A stretch of DNA of 64,000 nucleotides, from assembly GCA_040954595.2 (NCBI GenBank), contig CM082596.2, positions 2,780,656 to 2,844,655 on the forward strand. Direction: 5' to 3'. Source of the stretch: Balanoglossus misakiensis (taxonomy: Eukaryota > Animalia > Hemichordata). Below, in pieces: positions 1 to 12,646 of the stretch (the first letter of the stretch is position 1; the number at the start of each line of letters is the position of its first letter). The notes below the pieces were generated by a model. It saw only the letters and a list, made by a program, of their open reading frames with translations, was not told the DNA's origin and searched no databases. The translations under genes and the position numbers were made by a program.

Positions 1-1755
1 GCTGAAATCAAAATAAAACCGCTTGGAAATTTTCTGTGCGCTACAGAATGTCGTTTACCTGAAGAAACAGCGAGGTTGTACGGAAATAGCTGCAATCAAG
101 CGGCTCCGATTTTGCCTCTACATGTATGTCGGTTTTTGCGCTACATGCATTTCGGAGACCTTTTCTCCCGAGGTAGAAAGATGAACCCGTTGCACGCGCC
201 AGTTACGGCTTATTTGTTTGTTTCGTTGAAGATGGTACGCTCATTTGCGTTGTAATGGATTGCGTCTGCGTAATTCGCGTGCGCGTGTTTAATGTATAGT
301 TCGAAATCGCACGCACATATATCAAGAAAAACCAACACATACTCCCCGGGTCTTATACACGCACTTCCATTTTAGATTGTTACAATTGAGGAAATCGTTG
401 AAATGAAGAGTTATTGGCGGCAGTCAGAGGTAACTGTCAGCGATCCAATTAATTGCCGCGAAATCGACATGCTTAACAAGTGTGACCATGTCTATTGCAT
501 ATCGATGACTCGAATGTTTAAAACAAGTGGGACGGAGTGGTTGACAGGATAACCCCGCGCAGTAAATATTTATCATCGTTCTGGAGGCTGGAACCAAGTG
601 TAAACTCCGTGTCAGCTTTGAAATATGGGATGTAATGATAGTAAAACCGCTTCAAATTTACAAGTCATTTGAGCACTTAAAGTGGCAAAATAAAATAGAA
701 CAAATACGAGTCTTTAAATGACGCGCCTTTCGAAATGTAGAAACAGGCCCCCAAAGAAAGAAAGAAACATCAGATTTATTCATTATGTTGAAAATTGGAA
801 ATATGGCATATATTTTAATGATCGCATAATATTTAACATGTTGAATTACGAGCGAGATAGAAGGGGCACCATCTGTACTAAGAATATAAAATTCATCGTT
901 TTTTTGGTCGATTTGAGAGCGTGCCCACAGGAGGTAACAGTGGGGGTAATTATGTATTTATCTCGCGGTGCGGAGTCCACTTTAGCTAGCCGTGTGCGTA
1001 AGCACAAAATTAGAAATTCAAACTGCGCATAAACAATGGCCAAGACCCCAAAATTCGCATGCTCTGCGTCAAAAGCTGTGAGCAACAAGCTGGGATTTCT
1101 ATATAAGGGCAGGCGAAAATAGTACGTCAGTGAGATCCTCGGCTTGACGAGCGGTCCATGAACATACATAATACACAGATAATATGAATGGATGCCTACG
1201 TCACACTGGGTACACGCACACGTAGACTCATATACGTAAGCCGAGCACAGTGCAGGCCTTCAACTGATGAGCGTGATACACACTAAACCGTTCGCTCCCG
1301 AAGGGGGTCAGCTCCGGAAGAAACCATTTCATGTCAGGGGTGGGCGACTTCAATTAGTCGGCGACTACACGTTTCTAAGTTTAATACCTCGTATCGTCCA
1401 AAAGTCCGCGCATCTAAATGCTAAAAACACACAAGCTGCTGCTGTCTGCGGTCACCCTATCGGCGAATATCAGTAATTCTACCGCGCAGAAAGGCTAGAT
1501 TTTCGTCCAGCATGTGTGGGCCGAACGTCAACAAACGAGATATCGGATATTCGATATTTCTTGTTTCACCTGAACACGTGCATCGCCAACCCGTATTCAT
1601 CGCGAGTTGGTTAAGCGATTAAATTGGTGACGTCACTGGCCCTGCCTGCTCGCTTCCAACATAATCGCGCGATTTGCTTAATGTCCCAAAATAAAATGAT
1701 TGAGACGTCAGAATATTTTTAAAATAGTGGTAGTAATAATTTTCATTTCATATTC

Positions 1756-1757
<2 letters not shown>

Positions 1758-1787
<30 letters not shown>

Positions 1788-1822
1788 CATACATACATAC
1801 ATACATACATACATACATACAT
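1758..1822. repeat. (TACA)n microsatellite
   Basis: direct reading. Confidence 0.95.
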
Positions 1823-4800
1823 TAACATATGTCCGCTTTTCCGTGTTTTTGAGTTCTTTAAAGGATATTTTATTTAACCTGGGCTTGCTACCATTAAAGC
1901 ATGCAAATTTTCGGAAATTCGAATCTCACTGTATCTGAGAGAGATCTGAAATGTGTCGCATCCAAATCGCGTTTTCATGTTCTTGGCGGTTTAGAGTGAA
2001 AAGCTGTCTGAGCGATGTGTTCGAGTGTTGATTGGGAGGCAGGAGAAATATCCCGGTCGTACATCGCCGCCGAGAGCAGTCGGATCAGAGACAAGCTGTC
2101 GTTAACACGTCCGTATGGGTTCGTTCACCCGCAATTTTCGCACAGATGACGAACAAGACAACAACGGACCCGTAAACCCAGACTCTCTAACAAGAAAACC
2201 AGAGCGCTGAATCTCACACATTTCTGCCTAACTGTAAAACTCCTCAGTGACAAGATAAAATAATGTCATTTTTTGCTCATAACCCAAACGAAATAGACAT
2301 TGTCCAATCTCCAACTGCTAAGCAGTGAAATCGACACGCGCGCCTCACGAACGGAAAATAGTTCTAAACTTAGATCTGGAAACGCATTAAGAAAACCTGA
2401 AATTAATCGAAATAGTCTTGGCGCTAAGAACGCCAAAAATCCCCATCTCGGCTCAGGAGGCCCAAGAGTTTCTGGTTTGTGACTGAGTTCGGATATTTTT
2501 TCTCGAGTAAGTTTGCACAGTTTCAACATTTTCCCCCAATATGTCGACCCTACCGTGTTGGGATTTGTGGGAGGGGGGTTTCTCAATTATTACAACAGAC
2601 TGGCCGCCTCAGAATGAATCTGTGAGACTGTGATTGACCAAGCTATGAATCAAATAGTCCAAGGATGTGTTTACACCGTCGGAAACAAATAATCGCTACA
2701 GTTCTCAGTTATAGGAGAGACACACCAAAGGTGACGACTGAAATAATAAATAAGAGCCCGACATCTAACATCCGGGTGTATTTATCAAACGTCCCTTGGC
2801 TGTTGCTCAAACAAAAAAGGCCAGAAATAGAGTGAGAGGGGAAGAAAGGGTTTAGATAGACAAGGACACGATGATGTAGTCAGGGAGGGAGGGAGATGGG
2901 GAAGGAGTGAGGGTCAGAGACGGCGAAGTAAGATGGGCAAGGGGGTAGAAAGAGGTGAGTGAGAAGCGCAGAAAAGGGGAGGAAAATGCCCGGGGAGGGG
3001 GGGGGGGGCTGAGGGAGAAGACAAAACGAGAGCAGAGAATCAGATGCTTGAGAAACAAAAGAGCAATGACTATACCTGGCGTTTATTTTAATACACTAAC
3101 CTCGCGATTTGTCACCGTCCATCTGTAGGGTCTGACTGAGGTAAATATTGTATTCCGTTCGCTTCCAGAGACATACTGGGATTTCTCCAGCTCGTCTCCG
3201 AGGCTCTCGCCACGAACAGCGGAAGCAATCAGAAGAAAGGGATATGCTTGGACACCCTTTGTCAATCTGTGTTATACTGTTGGCACAAGCCCTGCACGCG
3301 ATACGGGCCTAGGCCGGAACTTGGCGTTACGGTACCGTGCCATATGGAACCTGGGGCCATGGCGAAACAACGGCAGTATCTCAGACGTAACAGTCGATAT
3401 CCGGACACGCGAAGGCACCATGAGTCGGGGAGGGGAGGGGGGGGGGCTGTTGCTGGCGCGATTCATTGGAAAGTTTACCCTACTAGAGTTCGAGGAGCAT
3501 AATCGTTTATCACGACCACACGAGACATGCAACAGGTGTGACATGCTTCGCCTCTCAAAGCATTAAATAGACGTCTCAGTTTCTTCCTGGAAACTTTGCA
3601 GAATGGGGACTATAGTCATTCTCTTTCTGTGTGTTTTACGCTGTGAAGCGTTTTCTTTCTTGTTTTCGATATCGGATTGGAGTTGTGACCTCTCACCAAA
3701 GCGAATAGTTTTGGCCACTTTTGGCCACTGCAGTGTGGTGGAAATCGCCACCCAATAAAACGTCCCGTGGATCCGATGTCCACTTTTGTCATCAATTTGT
3801 CGGTAATACAACAACAACAAAAATCCGTTAAAGTTTTGTCTTCCATGGGACAATAAAATGGCGACATCAGATATCACGACACAGATTCGTGTGCGTTCCG
3901 TAAACAGAACAATATGGCAGTTGTGAAGAGTAACACAAACACGTCAGCCTTTTGTTCAATGCACCAACAACGTCCATCACAATAACTGTTTTAATAACAC
4001 CCCCATCACTAAAAACAGAAGAAAATGGTGCCGAACAACGGAAAGGATCAAGAATTAATAGCGAGGCACAGTTTTAGAGACACTGTACGTGTAAAGCAAC
4101 CGGGCATACGGAAGCATTATCGACAAACTTTCTAATAGGTTTATACGATGTTCGATTCTAGTTTTTCAGATCAATATTACGTACTCTTCAGCAAATGGTG
4201 GCGAAATCGTTACACTAAATCATACTATCTATCCCCTTCTGAAACACGAAACCACCCACCACTAAATATGGCCACAGCGATTATTTATTTTCATTTCATT
4301 TCATTTATTTAATAATTTGGTGAGTGAGTCAATAGGACTCAGAATCAACGATAACTTTTTCTGCTTGCTAGGTTGTGAACTGTTCGTAAAGATTTTCTGC
4401 ACATCCGCCGTCAGCAAACGCGGTTTGCGATCGAGCGTTCGTTTTTTTCTCTCTCTCTCCACTTCCCATTACGTGTCTAGTGTGAACCGGACTTCCTGTT
4501 CGATACAACAGATGCGCCTACTTGGGCTGTCGATTTTTTTATCTGTGGCTGCGATATCTGGGGAATATTGCCTGAAAACCGAGCCGACTTACCGTGATTA
4601 AGGAAAATGGCAAATGATCAAGAACATTGTGAAATTTAGAGAGCTTGGCTCATAGCCGCTGAAATTGTTACCCTCATACTGGCATTGTGAGGGATGACGT
4701 ACCTCGGGATATGAACAGAGGACAGCGCTCTTCAATTAGCGAAGCATCTTCAGGGGAGGGGGTCCTTTTTAGGGAACCACTTAAAATATCATTTCTTTTT

Positions 4801-6849
4801 TTTCTAAATGACCGCGTTTTTGGGTATCAGAAGAAATATAAGGCGATATATCTAGATCACGGAGACTCATGAGATTTTCCGCGGACAACCGCGCGCGCGT
4901 CCGTTGGTCTCTTTGTCCTTTCGCGCTCTCAGTGCTCATCCGCATCAAAGTGCGCATAAACGCGATGGTGTCGACGCGCCCACATTCACTGGGCAACATG
5001 AAAACCTTTGCATCGCTTTTTTCATCAAAAACAATAATTTAAAGCAAGATGACGAATAAGCGGTTATGTTTTCACAAAAGAATGAAACTTTCTATCGCTC
5101 TCATTTTCATCATGAATATGGAGTCGTAGAGAAGGGGGGGGGGGCAAAATCAAGTTGGTCTCAGTGGATGTTCATTTGACAAGATAAAGTGTTGTATATC
5201 CAAGGAAGACCAGTTTAATTCACAGACAAATAAATCTTGATGATTTAGATGAGTTTACTTTAAACAAGCATCATAAACTCGACCTTTTCTCGCAGGCTTG
5301 CACGTTCCACTTTTGGAAATCCGGCTGTCTTGCCGCACGTGCTCATGTTTACCTCCGGTGAATATGGCCCTAAAGGGGGGAGTCTTTAGTGAATTTTGTA
5401 CGTCTGGAGGATTCGTTGTAAAAGTGCGAAGTTTTGGTTTATATACTACATTGTAGTACGAATAACCTGAGGACGAGTCATTGATTACTGCGACATATTA
5501 ATGTATCAACAAAAAATATCAAGAACATAACCTCATCATCGTCATCATCAACAAAAACAACAACAACAATAAAGGCAAGATGCAAACTTCGAAAATCTAC
5601 TCTGGGGTTTATGAAGTAAATGTGGGAAACCTTTTTCTCGAACTTGAGGGAGCATGCGTCGGCACGTATACTCGAACAGAACTAATTATCAAGGAGACGC
5701 CAGCATATGCTGTTGGTGGCGCGAGTACATAACATTAACCAATTACACTAATGAAATCGTGTTTCAATTTGATGCAGGAGATTTCGAAAAAAAATCGTGT
5801 TAACTTTCAGGTAGGGCCAAGTGGGGTCTCGCTTATCAGTGTCTCTCGTTTGCACGCCCGGCTCCGGGGCTCCTTCTCCCCGTGCGCGCGTGTCATATCA
5901 ACTTGGATACATTCGAGTTTGTGTCGGGCACGTGTCGTGCCGTCCTCCACCACGCAGAGTTCAACACATATGAGGTCAGGCCAGCTTTCTCTTAAACCGA
6001 TACCATAAAAATGCCGTACCCTTCTCAAACAACGCCGAAGAAAGGAACAACAACAACAACAAGACAACAACAACAAACACTAAAAAACAACAAATCAACT
6101 TATACACGACATAAGTATATACAAGGTCAATTCGTCCCCAACATTATTAGCGTCAAATCGCCGGCAATATATATTTCGATTAAAAATATGTAATTTTAAT
6201 AAAATTATGAATATATAGTTATTTGTTTTCCTTCCACTTTAGTCACTTTGAAATAAATTTATTAAATGTAATTTGTCCATAAAATAAATCATGTATAAAG
6301 TTACAAAAGTTTTATTTTGTTGATTATGTCGGTGCTATATTATTGGTCACATCTTACCGTGAAAATAAATCGCTGGCGAAAAAAAATCACACTCCTACTG
6401 AAATTATCAAGTCTTGAAAACGAAGGCCCGGAGAAGTGACAAAGTGGTTTTCCATTAAGTCGCCGACACTGTCTTTGTTCATGTGGTTTGTATTCAGATG
6501 CAGAGGACAACTTGTAGTGTGTTTAAGTATGCCAACATGAGAGGGCCCTGGACGACACTGCACATACACGACACTCACACATATAAAGCATAGGTATAGT
6601 AGAAGTAGTAGGAGGACTATGATAGTAGTAGAGTGTGCGCCTACCGGTTCCGTCGCCGCGTTCCACTTTCCCGCTATGCAAGTTGAATTTTCTTTGGTAT
6701 GGGCGAGACAAGTCCACCTTAAGGTCCTTCCACAATTGCCGCATCGAGGGAGACACGAGTTAGCTGCGAGTGCCGACTGGTTTAACTGGAATAATATACT
6801 CCGGTTCATCGTATTTGTGTATTTCCCTTGACGGGGGCTAGCGAACAAC

Positions 6850-7345
6850 GTTCATACGTCACAACAATCTACATTTTCGTCATACATTCCGGGAAATTAG
6901 CATGGGCCAATCAGTGAGCGGCATTATAATTGATATCACCACGGTTGGTGACCATTCGAGTGTCGTCAGAAGTGTACCTTGTCGAACTAGTGACGTCACA
7001 GCATGCAATTCACGACAATGCCAGTAATTTATTCACTTGGCGAGAACAAATAAAGAATGCATTAACATCTCATTTTCATCTATTTGTGACGTCATGAACG
7101 CGCCTTGGCCAATCGGATTTGGCCATTGGTAACCTGATCGCTGCCCAGATTAATTTTTGTATTGTCCTGAAATGCGCCATTTTATAATGCATTACGCACT
7201 ACCTAATCTCTGCGTGCGTAGTCAGTTGGGCTAAATATAGAAATTCTATTGATTTTACACGTTAACTTCTTATTGTTTATGGACATTTTACTATAGGAAG
7301 TATTCCCTGTCGCCAATTTTACTTTCAACATGACCAAATATAGAA
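6850..7345. promoter_or_regulatory. CRE/CCAAT/MEF2 cluster
   Basis: CCAAT at 6907 and 7109, TGACGTCA at 6991 and 7087, MEF2 consensus CTAAATATAG at 7231-7240. Confidence 0.5.
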
Positions 7346-10300
7346 GCGACTTGCGATATTTTGGGTCCACTGATTATTTTTGGACGACCTCTTGCGGTGG
7401 TGACATTCTGGACGGTCTGGGGACCTTAAGTCGAACAGGTTCAGACTGCCCAAGTACATTCCTAGCGGTAAGCCACTAAGTATATTACATTCCGAAAATC
7501 AAATATAGCCGATGTCCCGCTGATCGGGCACGTTTGACGACGGAGCCGAGGCGTGTATTATTGTAGGTCGTTCGTTGTTCACAGCTGCTGCGTTGTCGGG
7601 TTGCGAAGGACTGTCATGTCAGTCTTTTCCAAGCCTGTAAATTTTGCAGTGCGGCGGCCATCTATCATGCATTCACCAACCGACAACAGAGTGACACCAA
7701 CAGAGAACACAAACAGAATAAAAAACACTCTAGACATCACACCCTTCTCGATAAATATCACAACCAAATCAATAAAGCCGCCTTGCTGCAATTCTTGTGT
7801 GTATAACAGACGCCTCTTTATTTTCCATCGCCATCTTAAAAAAAAGCAACCCAAGACGATTGTACAATAGTAACCGCACAATGCGAAGTTAGTGATTTTT
7901 CAACCTTGACATTAAAAATACTTTATATATTCTAAGGCTTCACATAGGGGCATTTTGAATAAGATATATCGACTAGCTCGAGTTGACCCCAAGCGAGGAT
8001 ATGGCCCTGACCTGAAATGACCCACTTAAAGGTGATGTACTACTAAACATAGCGGTTTACCGGGCTGATGTCACCACATTGAATTCACAAATGTAACGTG
8101 TTTGTTTTAATCCTTTGCTAAGTTATCTTTAGTTTTCTGTAATTTTGTTTAAAAACCGTCATTATTACAGAGAGCAAATTATCCACATAATTGCGTTCGT
8201 GCTGCATATACACTGCTGTGACACTGATTCGCCCTAGAAATTGTGACACCATTTTTACAATCATTATGCTCGTCAAATATACAATAAATATCCCTATATA
8301 CCACAATAAGATAAAAATGAATTTCCCCAGCCGTTTCCAATTTCAGTCACTTACATATCTGACCTTTATTTAGGTCAAGGCATCTGATATATGACAGTTA
8401 TTGGCCGGGTCCCCATTTCGGTGGTTCGGACGCTTTTTGAATTTGTCCTCTCGGCATATTTGTCATTCGTGTGAGATTCGTCTACCTTGGGGTCGTGTTG
8501 TCACGCTGGGACAAGGAAGAAGCTATGAACAGATCGAAAAAAGCCATTTGCTCAGAAAGACAGCTTCTCCCAGATTCGCCCCCTAAAGTGCCGCTGCATA
8601 TCGATCTGAATGATCCGCACTTTGCATTCTGTTGCTCTTGACAGGGGATTTAACACACCTTCCTTTTTCAAAACATCATCATCTCAAATTTCTCCGGGTT
8701 CAATATTACATCTCAAGTGACCCCTTTTACACAGCCAGTCTTCCTCGTCACCTGTTCAACTATACCCTCCATCTGCTCCATGCATCACAGTTGTCTAAAA
8801 CACTAAATAGATGCTCTACAATACAATGCTGTGTAAAATTCAACTTTTAAAGAAATACATTTTTGTGTCTTATTCATGAAAGTTCGGGGTGCGACATCCC
8901 TTTCGAATTTAAAATCTAAATGACGTAAAAAGTACATTTTTTAGACTTTTGACGTCAGCTATTACGCACGACACATGCCATGTACAGGATGTGTTTGAAT
9001 GTTTTGTGGAGTGGCTGTGTTTTAGCCAGCTGAGCATGGGAGGGGCGTGACCCGAGGAACTTCTACCACCAGCATAGCGTACCCTCAACAGCGAGGGTTT
9101 TATTGGGGTTGGTGTCCTCAGCTATTCGGTTAAATGTCACTGACCAGGTGCTGTTTTAGATCTTAAAAAACTAAAAGAATGCTTTGTTCGAGTGTTTCAA
9201 AGAGCCCCATTCTTCATATTGGCAGCGTCTGTTGCTCGCCCACGCATTCCTTGTGGGCCAAAGGTTGCCACCCGCCCACGTCATCATCTACGACGACGAC
9301 ATCTCGGTCACTGCGCGAACTCGCGCATTCGAGTTCTCTCTGCTTTCTACTCTTGCGGATGTTTTTGCGAGAGATGGGTGACAAAGACGCGTCATTACAG
9401 GCGTTTCCTCCAAGATATCTAACGCAGAAAGGCCTGGGTCTTCAGATTGTATTTCTCCACTGAAGTCGCCCTGGCAACGAGATCCTCCGTCGACGCAGGC
9501 TATCTGCGGAAGTGTGCGCAAGCGCACATTGGTTTCAGGCTTCACACTGACGACAATGGTGTCAACAGCAAATTCGTGTACTGACGTAAAACGACAAAAC
9601 ATGCGTACTGCAGATGCTTATAACTTTGGTGTCAACAATCTTGAGCCAGAAGAAAGGTGGTTTTCATAATCCTGGCGCTACAAAGGCCATTCGCGTTCCA
9701 GTCTTTCAAAAGCGTCGTATTTCTGAGGTCGAGTTCTTCTGGAGAACGAGCAAACTGCGAAGGTGAGAGTCGTTTTCATTGCATGCGTGTTTTGGTGAAC
9801 GTCTGTCATCTTTCGAAGGTAGTTGTTTTCTTGGTGTTGTTGCTGCTCCTTCTTCGCTATTTTTGTAACCTGCCACGACATTTCGAATTCAGTTGTCTTC
9901 TGCGCATGCCGCGCACACGACAGATGGCCAATGTCACTGAGAGCTTTTCTCCTTCGTGAAACGTAAGAGATGTTGAAACTCCGGTCATCTGGTAAGTCGC
10001 TGTTCTGCAGTTGTTTATGACGATTGCTTCGGCGTTCATCTGGCAGAACTTTGAATGCTGCAAACTGACGGAGTCATCGATGCCTCGTGGTTCAAATTCA
10101 ACAAGCTCTTCTTGGGTCCCCATGTGGTTGTGAGACTGAAAACAAAACACATTTTCTTTAAGACTGTGGGGTTTATGTTGATGTTTTGCGGAACGTTTAT
10201 AGTATCCGACTAGTATTCGATACAACTCCTTCTATGTGCCTATCAACCGTGCCAGTAAAATATAGCTTTGTTTTTAGCATTCATATTAATTTCAGTTTGT

Positions 10301-12625
10301 CATAAGGCAATTTTTGTTAGTCGGGTATCCTTTCTGTCCGTCCCTGTATGTTTTGAAAAGTCTCCCATGCACATCCGCCTGTGCATGATGTGTCTACAAG
10401 CTTCCCTGTGTTTCATCTAGTTCGAAGGGTGTAATTTTATCAAACGGACAGCTCACCTTTTAGTAACTAAATCTTCCAAATCTCTGGTCTTTCGGAACTC
10501 CATCATCGATGTTTGGAACATTTCGGCGAGTTTCCAGTCATCAGCTTGTGTTTGACATCTCTCTTCAACCCCTCCCCCTCTTTCTCTCCCTCCGTCTGTC
10601 TGTCTGTCTCTCGCTCGCTCACTCACTCACTCACTAACTCACTCACTCACCGGATGGAATATCTCTTCATCCCGCCAGCTGGAATAACCCTAGAAGACAC
10701 GAAACGACAAAATTTGTATTACTTCCCCCGCCTTTACTATTCCTGCTTGCAATTGTACCAACATTATATATTAACCGTTTCTGTCAATTTTTCATGAACG
10801 ACAAGGGCTTAAATACACGACCCCATCATTCTTAGAACGGTATGTTTTACCCGACAGCGCAACAGCCTGATGTTCGGTCATGATAAATGGGATCCCGTAG
10901 GCGGGAATCGGCCATGATCTAACCGTAAGCCCTGGAGGGTCTATGGTTAGACTGCACTATTCATTGTCTCCAATCATTGCTTCTTTCCCATTAACCCTCT
11001 TTTTGGTTATATATTACACACGTGTATTTGTTCCATGCGCACTCATAGAAGTTCTTCGCGTGTTTGAAGCCGGAAATCTCAGACTATAGTTTTCTGAAAT
11101 AATAACGTTTTCTTGCTCAAGTGGTCGGCGATGAATTTCACGGACACGTCCACATTTTAAATTTGCTGTGGGCGGTTTTTTCTGGAGCCCGTATAATTGT
11201 GGGTTTTATTTTGTCCAATCTACGCGGCACAATATTTCTCTGACAAAGAAGGTCAGCGGGTTGATGTAAAGACGAACATAACAGGTGGTTGGAACAGAAA
11301 CAGTGTGATGTGTCGGGTTCGCGTCTGTCACGTCATCCGCAGAATCCGATATCTAATAATCAGATAATCCCTCGCGCATAAAAATAGGCAAGGGGAGTGG
11401 GATTTTCACAACATAGGTTGACATGCGTGTTAAGCTCATCCCTGTAGAATTCGATTTTTGTTAAGAAACGTACGCGGTGAAGAATGGATGGTTCGTGGTT
11501 GTTCTGTATCCGTTTCGGTTGCGTCTCTGAATCCGATTTATGCGGATTGTATCATGTTTCGGGAGGAGAGGCCGTGTGTCATTTGAAGATTTCATATTTT
11601 ATGCTGGAATTCTGGCAAGCTTGGTTATATTTCCTGTATTACATTACTGTAACGCACCACTGCCAACGTAGACTGCGTATGGTTAGGGTTTGCAACATAT
11701 GGAATCACTTCAATTATAAGCACGAAGGTGACCCGCGCCCCTACCGCGTATACAGAGGTGATTTTACCGGGATAAACATCTGTTTCACCGTGTAGCTAAA
11801 CCATGATTTCCAGCGGTTCAAATCTGACCTTGAATATAGCGTGGACGAAATACCTGCCAATGCTAACGTTTTGTGCCCTTTCCAGCAACCACAATGAATT
11901 ATACCAACGCAAACATATTCGAAATCAATACAGTATTTGACTGTCAATGACACTGATACGAGAGAGGCCCTAAACCAGGTACTTTTTTCAGTCTCTTCGC
12001 TTGTGGATTTATCATTTCCCGGCGGCAATACGCTGAAATACTGCGCCCACTTAATGATAAAAAAACGAGGCAAGCTAAAGGGGGAATAACACACAGACAA
12101 AAATCCACATCCGGGCGTTCGTGTTGACTATACGGTGACCCGTGCCATCAATCATTGGATTTAGCGATCACTGTGCCAATTATGACACGTCGTATGTTTT
12201 TATGGGATAAATACGACAATTTATGGCCTACTGAATTCAGGAAGCAAAGAATACTTATTGATTGACTATAATTTCAAATAGAGACACAATGTTATTTCTT
12301 TTTTAATATAATTAGTAAATTTTAATATACAATAGATTTTCTCCTTTTTTTCTGAATGGCGCCTACGATGGTTAAGGATTTTACCTGAAAGGCCTACGTT
12401 CATGATTTGGAATGGTGCATTTTTGCATTGTGGGTTGGCAGCATCGCGCAAAGAACGCCGGGTATCATCATTTGCGAAATGAGCGATTCTCCCCTCCGCA
12501 AAATCCGGATGAGACAAGCCGGTTACCATAGCAATTTACGGACGTCAGAACGCCTGGCCCCATGCTGTCCGATTTGAACGGATTATTGTTGTATGCAGTG
12601 ATGTGTGTCGCGCGGTTGAATTGGT

Positions 12626-12646
12626 GGATACCATATTAGGATGTCC
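12626..12646. promoter_or_regulatory. CArG box / serum response element
   Basis: GGATA-CCATATTAGG-ATGTCC; the core is identical to the c-fos SRE CArG. Confidence 0.45.

Noticed and set aside
10325-10333. GTATCCTTT, a U12-type donor consensus
   Set aside because: No upstream exon or matching U12 branch site identified.
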